From Azolla caroliniana (lineage: Eukaryota > Plantae > Polypodiophyta): a stretch of 64,000 bases of DNA. This document shows, piece by piece, positions 1-12,618 of this stretch. Numbering within the stretch: the first letter of the stretch is position 1; each line of letters opens with the position of its first letter. The notes beneath the pieces were generated by a model that searched no databases, had not been told where the DNA came from, and was given only the letters and a program-made list of their open reading frames with translations. The DNA lies in contig JBHGNT010000017.1 in NCBI GenBank assembly GCA_043228905.1, positions 13,144,001 to 13,208,000 of the forward strand. Direction: 5' to 3'. The position numbers and the translations under genes are program-made.

Positions 1-3000
1 ATTCCGGAAAGAGAAAAAAACCAACACCACCAATTCGAAGAAGAGTTCGAACCGAAACGGTTCGAATCGGAGAGGTTCGGAACGGAAAAGAACGTCGGCG
101 ATTGCGACAAGTGAAAACTTACCGAGGAGAATGAGTTAAATCTTGTCGGTGATGAGACAATGTGGGTTGTCAACTCCGAAGCGTCGTTCCACTTGACACC
201 GGATCGGAAATGCTTCTCATTCTACACAACTGGTGATCATGGCTGTGTTCAGATGGGGAATGAAGGTACATGCCGAATTGTCGGCATAGGAGATGTGTTG
301 TTGACGACACCAACCGGATGCAAGTTGTTGCTGAAGGATGTCCGACATGTTCTAGAGGTTTGACTGAACCTGATATCAGTCGCTCGGCTAGATGATGAAG
401 GTTACACGGGTAGCATCCAGAACGGAGTCATGAAGTTCTACAAAGGGAGCCTAATAGTGGCTCGAGCCTGGAAGGTCAACTCACTGTACCTAATGAATAC
501 CCGGTTATGCCGGGAAGAAGTGAACGTAGCATCCAACACTGCCGGTGAGCTGTGGCACAAAAGACCGTGTCACATGAGTGAGAAGGGGATGAAGAGGCTT
601 GCCGAAGACAATCTTATTTTGGTGAAGGACGTGTAACTTGAGAAGTGCATTGACTGCCTGGCCGGCAAGCGAAACTGAACCTCCTTTCGGTCAAGAACAC
701 CGATGAGACGGAATGCACCACTAGAGTTGGTGCATACCGATGTGTGTCAAGTGGACACGAAGTCACATGCCAGATCGCAGTACTTCGTGATGTTCATAGA
801 AGATCACATCAGGAAGATGTGGGTCGCACAACTGAAGATGAAGGATCAAGTGTTATCCGTCTTCAAGGAACTCCACGCGAGAGTGGAAAGAGAAACCGCC
901 CGGAAGCTGAAGGCGGTTCAAGCGGACAACGGACAAAAATACCCGGGGCAGTTCGAGGAGTACTACCGGTTCATCCATTCAGCATGCTAGCACATGACAA
1001 GTTACCCAAGACGTTTTGGGCTGGGGCGCTGACGACGACGACCTATGTGATAAACAGATCACCCTCAATACCCTTGGATGGAGACTCACCGCAGAAAGTA
1101 TGGACTGGTAAGGACGTGTCTTACCGGCATCTGAAGGTGTTCGGGTGTCTCGCTTACGTGCATGTGGCAAAGGACAAGAGAGCAAAGTTGGATCCGAAGT
1201 CTCAACCATACATATTCCTTGGATACGACGATGATGAGTTCGGAGATCGAGTGTGGGATCTGGTCGACAAGAAGGTGTTCCGGAGTCGGGACATAGTCTT
1301 CATGGAAGACATGACCATTCGCGACTGGGAGTCGGAGAAGAAGGTGATGAACCCCGGATCATCCAATGAAAACTAGCTTGAGGACACAAGGATATACCCG
1401 ATTGAAAACCGGATGTTAGCCGGTAACCAGATGACACTCGACGAACCGACCGAAGAAGAAGAAGACACTAGAACCGGACAAGATCCCGAATCGGATTCGG
1501 ATTCGGAACAAACGGAGGAACCAACAGTCATAAACCAAGGACAAAGATATCCGCTCAGAGAGAGAAGAGCCCCTCGTAGATTTCCGGATGCAGAGCATAT
1601 GTTGCTAACCGATGAGGCGGAGCCGGAAAGCTTCGAAGAAGCAAAGAGAGACACCCACAACTGCAAGTGGTTGAGTGCCATGCAGGACGAGATGGATTCC
1701 CTGCATGAGAACCACATGTATGAACTAACAAAATTGTTGCTCCGAAACAAGTGGGTGTACAAGCTGAAACTGGGAGATGCCGGAAACCCGCCGAGATACA
1801 AAGCCCAAATTGTAGTGAAGGGTTTCCAGCAGAAAAAGGGAGTAGACTTTGATGAGATCTTTGTCCCGATAGTAAAGATGACATCCATCCGGACAATATT
1901 GGGAATAGTGGCAAGCATGGACCTCGAGGTAGAGCAACTAGAAGTCAAGACAACATTCCTCCATGGTGTCCTTGAAGAAGAGATCTACATGCATCAACCG
2001 GAAGGATTTGAGAAGGAGCACCTGGTGTGCCAGATGAAGAAGGGCTTATACGGACTGAAGCAAGCTCCCCGGCAATGGTACTGGAAGTTCGACTCCTTCA
2101 TGACCGACCAAGGGTTCCACAAGACGCAGGCCGATCACTGCGTGTTTGTGAAGAAATTTGACGGAGGAGATTTCCTGATACTTCACCTATATGTGGATGA
2201 TATGTTGATCGTTGGACGAGACGAAGGCAAGATCCGGATGCTGAAGAAGGCTTTGAACCGGACCTTCTCAATGAAGGACTTGGGTCTAGCAAGATAGATA
2301 TTGGGAATGCACATCATCCGGGACCGGTTGAAGAATCTGTTGTGGTTGTCACAAGAGAAGTACGTGACAAAGGTGCTTCAAAGGTTCAACATGTTGGAGG
2401 CGAAACCGGTCGGATCGACACTTCCAAGAAATTGCAAGTTGTCCGGAAAGCAAAGCCCGAAGACAAAGGCAGAGAAGACGGATATGATGAAGATACCATA
2501 TGCCTCTGCTATCAAGAGCTTGACGTATGTGATGGTGTGTACCCAGCTGGACATCAGTTACGGTGTAGGAGTAGTCAGCCAGTTCATGAGCAATCCCGGA
2601 AGAGAGCATTGGAACGTGGTGAAGTGGATACTCCGGTATCTGAAAGGCACCTCGAGTATGTGGCTCGGGTTCGGCTCCGGTAATCCCCAACTTGACGGAT
2701 TCACGGATTCAGATATGTCGGTTGATGTAGATACCATCCGGTCTACATCCGGATATGTCATGACTTATGCAGGGGGAGCTGTTTCGTGGCAGTCGAGGCT
2801 GCAGAAGATGGTTGCGTTGTCAACTACAGAGCCGGAGTACATGGCAGTTGTAGAAGCCGGCAAGGAGATAATCTGGATGAAGGACTTATCGGAGAGCTAG
2901 GAATCCAACAAGTTGAATATCGGCTCTATTGCGACAATCAAAGTGTCACGCACCTTGCAAAGAACGCGACCTACCATTACCGGACGAAACATATTCAGTG

Positions 3001-3176
3001 GAGGTACCACTGGATCACGGAGAGAGTAGAAGATCAATAGTTCGTGTTGACGAAGATCCACACGGAGGAGAATGGGTTGGATATGCTGACCACAATGTTT
3101 ATGACCGACAAGCTGGACGTGTGCCGAAAGCGGATCGGGTTGGCGAGACATCCCATGCCGGAGTGAAGGGGGAGAT
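1..3176 (+). mobile_element. Degenerate Ty1/Copia (Tnt1/Tork-like) internal region: protease-integrase-RT-RNaseH, 5' end outside the window
   Basis: ORF fragments contain WVVNSEAS (protease), LELVHTDVC (integrase), YGLKQAPRQWY and LYVDDMLI (RT), SRSTSGY-like RNaseH. Many stops and frameshifts. PPT GAGTGAAGGGGGAG at ~3161-3174. Confidence 0.93.
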
Positions 3177-3733
3177 TGTTGGGAAATCGGTCCCTCCGGA
3201 TGGGATCCAGTTATGAATGAAGATGGACGCGGTGAGAACCGGATGGACCCGGCATGAACCAGAAGAGATCCGGAAACAAGATCGGATGGACCTGGTGAGA
3301 ACCGGAAGAGAAGACATATTTGTAAATATGTTTTGAGTAAGCCTATTGAGGCTATATTTGTAAATAGCCCTAAGCTCATATAAGTATAAATATGACTTAG
3401 GGCAAACACTTTATAGAGGTTGTTGCCATACTGTTGTTTAGATAAATGTTGTACAGAGAGAGAGTGGAGATACAGAGCGATACTCTATTGTAACTGCCGG
3501 TTAGCGAAGATACAAAGCTCCAGATCATTGCCTTCGAGGCTCTAATTGTATCTTTCTCCTATACTTATAGGTGGAGTTTGTGGGCTCTCATGGTTTTTCC
3601 CATTTAGGGTTTTCCACGTAAACATCCTGTGTACTCTCTTTTGGTGTACGTGTATTCATCTCTATTCCCATTTCTGTGTTTGATTCTCATTGAAGTGTTC
3701 AAGACTCGGTTGTGGCCAAGCTATATTCTACGC
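3177..3733 (+). repeat. 3' LTR of the Copia at 1-3176
   Basis: Starts TGTTGGGAAATCGGTCCCTCCGGATGGG right after the PPT and resembles the LTR of the intact element at 57838-63241. Right end is approximate. Confidence 0.8.
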
Positions 3734-5156
3734 TATTCACTACACTACCAAGTGTGGAAGTCGAAGATAAGGGTCATGCTCGTGGTCAAAGATCTCTGGC
3801 TACCGGTACAGTTCGGGATAAGAAACTGGACAAGATCAATGCCATGACATGGGCGGTGATGCACATGAAGACGACGACATACATCCGGTGCTTCATCGAC
3901 ATGAGCTTGTACAACAACTTCAATGAAGAAAGTAAGCTCATGTGCTTTGGGAGAAAATCGGCACCATGCTGGTGAGTAAAAATGTTGTAAATCGGGTTTC
4001 GGCACCATGCTGGAAGTTAGTGACACTCTGGTACCAGGACGGATCCAGCATGACGGAGCATATGAACACATTTCAGGGGCTCATAAATCAAACAACTTTG
4101 CTTGAAGTGCCTCTAGCCGACGAGGTACTTGCATTACTCCTACTCGGTTGCCTCCCGGATAGTTGGGAGACGCTAGTTGTCACTTTGGGCAATGCTGGGC
4201 TGGAAGGAAAGCAGTAGTCCCTAGCAAAGGTAAAATCAAGCTTGCTAGACGAAGAAGCTTGCCAAAAGGATCAGGAGTCCGGAATCGATCCAAAGGCCTT
4301 GGTCACGGAGGATGACCATTACCGGGGAAGAGGCCGGTATTGGAGTCCCCAAAATCGGGACAAGTTGGGGACAAGGTCAAAGTCAAGGGGGAGGCCTACT
4401 TGCTTCTACTGTGGGAAGCCGAGGCACTTCTAGAAGAACTGTCGGCATTTCTGGAAAGAGAAAGGGACCGACACCACCGATATGAAGAAGAGTTCCAACA
4501 GGAGAGGTTCGGATCGGAAAGAAATGTCGGCGATCGCGACAAATGAAGAAGAATTGATGCTCATTGCCAAGGAGAATGAGTTAAACCTTGTCGGCGATGA
4601 GACAATGTAGGTTGTCGATTTCGGAGCGTCATTCCATTTGACACCAGACCAGAAATGTTTCTCATCCTACATAGCCAGAAATCACGGGTGTGTCCGAATG
4701 GGGAATGAAGGTACATGCCGAATTGTCAGCATAGGAGATGTGTTGTTGACAGCATCAACCGGATGCAAATTGTTGCTGAAAGAAGTCCGACACATTCCAA
4801 AGGTTTGGTTGAACCTGATATTAGCCGATCGGCTAGATGATGAGGGCTACACGGGTAACATCCGGAACAGAGTCATGAAATTCAGCAAAGGAAGCCAGAT
4901 CATGGCTCGAGCCCAGAAGATCAATACATTGTACCTGATGCATGCCCGGATATGCTGGGAAGAAGTGAATGTAGCATCTGACTCTACCGATGAGCTGTGG
5001 CACAAGACACTGTGTCATATCAGCCAGAAGGGGATGACAAGACTTGCCGAAGATAACCTCATTCCGGAGGTGAAAGGCGTGCATCTTGAGAAGTGCACCG
5101 ACTGCCTGGCCGGCAAGCAAAACCGAATCTCCTTCCGGTCAAGACTACTGATGTAG
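3734..5156 (+). mobile_element. Degenerate Copia gag-protease-GAG_pre-integrase fragment (host of the preceding element)
   Basis: VWKSKIRVMLVVKDLW (gag N-terminus), LPDSWETLV, CFYCGKPRH zinc knuckle, ELWHKTLCHIS; interrupted at both ends. Confidence 0.88.
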
Positions 5157-5799
<643 letters not shown>

Positions 5800-5829
5800 A
5801 TACGCAATGGTGTGCACCAGCCGTAATTG

Positions 5830-8036
5830 CTGGAAGGATGTATTGATGTTGCAAATAGAAACATTGCCTCCTTGTGTCCTTCTTCGCGTAGTTGATGGAG
5901 TGAAATGGTCGAAACTCGATGAGTAGATTCTTGGGGTTGTCGATATTGGACTTCTCTTGTTCTCCAATCTATGTTTGGATTATGTAATTCAAACCAAGGT
6001 AATCCCCGAACAATGGGATGCTCTGGACTACTAATTATATTAAATGATACCACACACACAAAACTACCTAGGACAACTTGAATGGGTTCGGAGTCTTCTA
6101 CAATATTCTTGGAAGCAATGGGACGACCATCAATGACTACTACAGATGCGGGGCAAGGAAGTTTTCTTAAGGATATCTGAGAAGCTTGGGCAAAATTTCG
6201 ATCCATAAAACAGGAATTGGCTCTGGAATCTAAAAGTGCTAGGACGTGTATTGGAGGAGTACTTTTAGTACTAACCATGACTTGGGTTAAGAACACATTG
6301 CTAACTTGCTTTGAGGGAATGGAACCACTAATGGGTTGTACAGATCTAGGGTTGTCCAACCAAACAACTCCTATTTTGGCTGGACTTAGTCGTTTAACTC
6401 TTCTTCTATTTGGCTAAGGATTTCAAATTTGTTTGAGATACTTGGGCTATTAGTACTATTAATACTATTAGACACGCCTAAGGGAAGAATTGATTCGGGT
6501 TTAGTACAGGTTACGATTTGATTTACCTGTCTTCTTGGCTTATGGGGACAGTTGATTGCAATATACCCTGGTCCACCGCAATAAAGACATAATCGATTTG
6601 CATGTCGACGTTGCTTTTCTTCTTCTGATAACGGGCCACGTCGACGCATGGTGTCGATCTCCATCGGTGTCAGAGTATTTGCTTGAGATACGCCTCGTGC
6701 AAACGGTTTAGTTGCGACTAAGGCATATGTGGGCTCCGGCCTAGGGCGTGGTATTTGTAATTGACGTTCAGAACGCCGTTCGAAAAGGTGGTTATCGCAT
6801 CGGACCGCTCGACTGATTGCCTCTATAAGAGACTTTGGTTATTCGGGGAAGGTTAGGAGTAAATCTTTGACATCGTTTCGCAGGCCGTAGCGAAACTACT
6901 CCATTAGTGCCTAATCATCCCAAGGGATATCTGAGGCGAGTAGACGAAAATCCGCCACGTAGGTAGAGGATGGACGATCACCTTGACGCAATCGCCGGAT
7001 TTTGTTGATCGTCGTCCTGATGTTGTCTGTATCTCCAAAGCATGCTTTAAACTTGCTAATAAATCCTTCAAAGTTATTAAACAAGGGCGATTGTTTTTCT
7101 AGAAGCGGAGCGAACCATGCCAAGGCTGAGCCGCTAAGCAACGTTCCTATTAGGCCAATTCGGGATGCATTAGTGGGGTATCGGGAAGGATGCATTTGAA
7201 TGACTAAGCGTACCTGATTAAGAAATCCCCTGAATTGCGATAGCGTTCCATCGAATTTCACAGGAAGTCCAATCTTGGGCTCTTTATGAAATCCTTGGGG
7301 ACTTGATCCTTGTTGTTGCAACGTTGTGATGGTTGCTTCGAGTTGTTGTACACGTAACGCTAACCCCCATGTTGTTGCTGCGTTTGTTGTTTTTCTAGAG
7401 CGATTTGTTGAAGGTCCCCTAACAATCGCTGGTTTTCTTGTTCCAAGGCAACAAATTTTTCTTTTAGACCCTGTAGCTCGGAGAAAACGGATTGATATTC
7501 TTGGGCGCTAACAATAGCCATAGTATTGGAAAAAAGGGGTAAGAGGATGAGGGAAACCGAAAAGAAGACTAGAGAAGAATTGGTTCAAACTATCAGGAAT
7601 AGTACTAAAACAGAGAGAGAATTAATACTAGAGAAGGGAAGTACTATTAGTACTAAGAGGACGGGACTACGTAAGACTCCCGAGAGAGAGGAAAGAGAAG
7701 AGGAGAGAGAGAGACATAGCGAGGATGAGAGAGAGACAGATGATAATAACAGATGATATATTATAGGAAGAGTAAGTACAAGATGGCTATGAGGCTTAAG
7801 ACTAGTGTTGAACCAATTTGGTTCAACATAATGCCTTGTGCCTCCATTTATAGTGTTCTCAGGAGGAGTCCTGAAGCTTCTAGAATGTTCCAGAGAAATC
7901 TGGAATATACATTAATTTCCTATAATAAAACTTAAATGAAAATAATATCTTACGTATTACAATAGATGGTATAATGGTCAAGAGCTCGACCCATATAACA
8001 TAAGGTCATGGGTTTGAGTCTTGTCATATCATGACA
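5830..8036 (-). mobile_element. 3'-truncated Ty3/Gypsy chromovirus (Tcn1-like): probable LTR ~7806-8036, gag, protease
   Basis: PKIGLPVKFDG...ALAWFAPLLE retrotrans_gag, MEIDT..RLCLYCGGPGY knuckle, ALLDSRANSCF protease. Minus strand starts TGTCATGA at 8036. Confidence 0.85.
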
Positions 8037-9935
8037 CCCGTAGGTCAAGACGTCAGGTAAATCAAATTCACTATGACAATAAAAATGAGTCCAACATTTT
8101 AGAAGAACTTAGTGATTCTAATATTATGAATAATCCACCCTTGTCCAATAATTTTGAAGTCCTAAACCAATTAGAAGAGGAGTCAAACGAATAAGTCCGG
8201 CCAAAATAGGAGCCATTTGGTTGGACAACCCTAGCTTTGTACAACCTAGTGTAGGTTCCATTTCATCCAAGCATGTTAGTAGAGTCTTCTCAGCCCAAGT
8301 ACAAGTTAGGACACCAAGTTGCCAACTTCACGTCCAAACCCCCTTAGATACCGGAACCAATTCTTGTTTCACGGATAGAGATTTTGCCCAAAAACATCAA
8401 ATATCCTTGCACTCACTTCCTTGCCTAGTTTCCGTAGTAGTGATTGATGGACGTCCCATAGCTTCCAGGAAGATATTCGAAGAGTCAGAGCCAATACACA
8501 TACTCTTAGGTGATTTAGGATGTGTAGTTTCCTTTAATATAATCCGTAGCCCCGAGCATCCAATTGTCCTTCGTTTGCCATGGTTCGAGCTACATAACCC
8601 ACGAATAGATTGGAGGAGGCGAGAAATTTGGTGCCCTTCTGTAGAAAACATCATTGCTAAGGATGAGCTACATAACCCACGAATAGATTGGAGGAGGCGA
8701 GAAATTTGGTGCCCTTCTGTAGAAAACATCATTGCTAAGGATCGAACCCAGGAGTATTTCCTTAAAGAATATAGTTCTACCAGTGCACCATCTCTTTTTC
8801 ACCAAATCTCAACCATCATATTGCAACAATTGTTCCAAGTGGGAGGAAAGGAGAAACTTTTCTTATTTGGAATATCAGTGACACCTTCTAGTGCGACTCA
8901 GGAGAATTCAAACATCCAAATTCCCGAAAAATATCAAGAATATGTTGATGTTTTCGACAAAGTCAAAGCTGGTGTACTTCCAAAGCATCGGCCATACGAT
9001 TGTCCCATTGACCTCCAACCAGGAAAAGAGCCACCGTGGGGTCCGATCTACAATCTATCGCCAATTGAGCTTGAGGTTCTTCGAGAATACATTCAGGAGA
9101 ATCTTGCACATGGGTTTATTCGACATTCAAAATCTCTAGCCGGTGCTCCTATATTTTTTGTGAAGAAAAAGGATGGATCGCTTTGTTTGGTCATGGACTA
9201 TCGGGGATTAAATAAAGTCACCATAAGAAATAGGTATGCTCTTCCTTTAATCTCCAGTCTTTTAGAGCGCATTGGTGGGGCAAAACATTTTACAAAGATT
9301 GATTTAAGGGGTGCATATAATCTTGTTCGCATTTGAGCGGGAGATGAGTGGAAACCGACATTTCGCACTCGGTATGGTCATTTCGAGTATACAATCATGA
9401 CTTTCGGGCTCACAAATGCACCTGTAGTTTTCCAACATATGGCAAATGACATTTTCCGAGATTTTCTGGATATCTTTCTCATAATCTATTTAGATGATCT
9501 GTTGATTTACTCTAAAACATAGGAGGAGCATGATATACATGTCCGGAAAGTACTTGAACACTTAAGAAAGTATGGTATGTATGCCAAACTTGAGAAGTAC
9601 AGTTTTGACAACGAACAAGTTGAATTCTTGGGTTATACTATTTCATCTAAGGGTATCTTCATGGATCCAGCAAAAGTCAAAACAATATTGGAATGGCAAC
9701 CCCCATGTTTTATTCAAGACGTCCAATGTTTCCTCGGATTTGCTAACTTCTATCACAAATTCATACGAAATTATTCAAAGATCGTGTTGCCTCTCACCCA
9801 ACTCACCAAGAAGAATCAAGCGTTTGTTTGGACTATTGAAGCGGACACGACCTTTACTCAGCTCAAAGAGGCATTCACATCAGGTCCTATATTAGCACAT
9901 ATTGATCCCGAAAAACTATTGACCATTGAAACGGA
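8037..9935 (+). mobile_element. Tcn1-like Gypsy fragment: end of gag, protease, RT, start of RNaseH
   Basis: [55 protein letters not shown]. Same family as 5830-8036 but opposite strand. Confidence 0.92.
8587..8742 (+). repeat. In-frame 78-bp tandem duplication in pol
   Basis: ELHNPRIDWRRREIWCPSVENIIAKD occurs twice, identical at the DNA level. Confidence 0.95.
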
Positions 9936-12618
9936 TGTTGTCTGCCGGTGTTGTCCGTCGAACCCAATGCTTAGACGAGTAGAATATATTATTAGAAGCG
10001 TTAAAGAAATGCATGTAACGGTTCACGCTAGAAGCGTAATGGACTAAAATCCTTGTATATATAAAGGAAATCCTCTGTAAAGAGCTAGCGTGTATTTTAG
10101 GGAGCTACCTTTTGTAATAAAATACTATCTTCTCTGATTCTCATGTCTGTGTAAGTCGTCTACTGATTCGGTGTAGTACTCTATTGGGAACTGTGGTCTA
10201 GAAAGCGTAGGTTAAGTGTGTATATGAGATCACGCACTGGTGAGATTCGGTTGTAGCCATCTCCCTTCATGACCAGACGATACGCTTTGCTTTGTAAACC
10301 TATTACACTTCACGTAGCTACGGATCTATTCCTTGCACCACAATCACCTTGAAGTCTACCTCGAAGGACTGAGAGTAGACAATGTTCCTAATCGTTAACA
10401 CTTTTGGCATGTCAGGTGGATTTGTGGTTCAACACAGACGAGTAGCAAGGTATGGATGACTAGCCGTAGACGGGCCAAAGAACCGACTCGACAAGATCAA
10501 CCACTGACGAGGTTTATCACTCACCAAACAGAAGAGCGCGCGAAGCGAAAACCTCGCCTCAGCGACCACGACTACTCCTTTCAGGAGTACACGGAAGACT
10601 CCATGCTCACAGAACAGCGCGACGTCGACCACAAAGCCCTGTCACCACACGACCAAGGTAGTGCGATTAAACGCCACAATAGTCCACATCGCGACAGCTG
10701 GAGTCTTCCCCTATTGATCGTCACCACATTGTCCGGAATGGCTTTCTCATACCCCCGCTTCAATGGAGAAACGGACGCTACTAGCCACACCCAGCTATTC
10801 CTCAATGTTTGGAATGTTAATCATCTAGCGCAGCGGTTTCCAGACGCGGAAGCTCCCGCTTTGAAGATCGCCGAGTTCGGGTTAACTTTGGATGGTCAAG
10901 CTGTGTGCTGACATTCCCAGATGAATTTGGCAATAATCACAACCTTCGACCAGCTACAATCGGCGTTCTTGCGTTTTTTTCATCGGAGGGTGCCACAGTG
11001 TGAAATAATCGGGTAGTTCTATACCATCAAGCAACTTCCCACAGAATCTGTAGTGGATTTCAGTCTACGTTTCTAGAGTCTATGGCGTAACCTTATACAG
11101 GCCCCGACAGAGGAAGAGGCCAAGGAAACGTTCTTGGCAGCTTTAAGACGTCCTCTCTGGACGACGCTGAACACGCACAGTGTGAAAGGGGAGACAACCG
11201 ACATGGTCATCGAGTGAGCATTACAACTCGAATTAGAGGAAGAAGATGAGGGACTATCCATGGCATTGCTATGGCAGGCGTTGCCTCAAGACGAGGAACA
11301 TCAATTTTGCCAGGCCATTCAGTGTACTGTCTGTTTAAACTCTAGACATTCCGTAGTCGAATGTAACATGCGACGACATTGTCCAATTTGCCATTCACGA
11401 GCACACATGGTGGACCAATGCGAGTATAATATGCTCAACAGGCCCACACCCGTAGTATGACGTATGGAGCCACAACAACAATCTCAAAGGAATGATTCAG
11501 GACGGCAAGAAGAACGTCCCCGGTATACAGATCGGAATCAGCGAATGGAGCGCCAATATCGTAAAAATTGTAACACTGATCCGTACTATGATGAAGAAGA
11601 TCAGGAAGAGGAAGAATATCGGAGTACCAACCGTTACAATCGAGGGGGGGGCGTTGTTACGACAATCAACGACCTACAAACAATTGCCGAGGATTCAACG
11701 GGGGGTGTCCAAACAGACACAATCGACAATATAAGGACCACCGCCGTTATGACAAAAGTTCAGAGGATGACCGTCGTCAAGAGCCACGACAAGAATACTG
11801 TCAACAACCCCGGAATAATAGGCGACTCCAGCATAACCGGGACAAACAAGCAGTACCGACGGAAACTAATACACCTCTGGAAATGGAAAGAGGCGAGTCC
11901 ATCATACTCTGTTTCGTGTGTCAACAACCCGGTCATTATGCGACGTAGTGCCCACGTCGAAAAGGAAAGGAGGCAGCCACGAATACCATCACGGTAGAAG
12001 TCCAACAAGTCACAACACGGCAACAGGTGAAGAATGCAGACTAGGCAGAACAAGATAAGATACGCAAGGCAGCCCAGGCCTGGGTAGAAAAAGCAAATGC
12101 CGCAAACACGGAGCGTATGAAGCACGAGTCCGCAAACGACAGTTTGCCAATGAAAGAAAATACATCCTCATTGGATCCCATATGGCAAGCCTTGGGGGAC
12201 TGTGAGATAACAATGACCATGGAAAAGCTTCTTCGACTGGTGCCACGATTCTGGCAGGTTGTGGAAAATCACATAAGGGGCACCGCTAGATTAAATGTCT
12301 CAGCAAATTTTGCGGAGTCTAGTACGTGCCCAACAGTCGTAGATCATCACAATCCAGCCATTAAGTTGGTATTGCAAGAACAGGAAATCTCGGGATGTAT
12401 CATTGATGGGGGATCCAGTGTTAATGTCATTAGTACGAATACATACGCACGATTAGGAATTACAGGTTGGGAAGCATGCCCTTTCTGGCTCCCCAAGGTG
12501 GACACCCACTCTGTCAGATCCCTAGGGTTATTCGGGAAACTAGGCATTGTTGTTGGTGGCCATCGCGTCGACATCTCTGCGGTAGTGCTCGCCCTAGACG
12601 CTCCGGGAGCATACCCAA

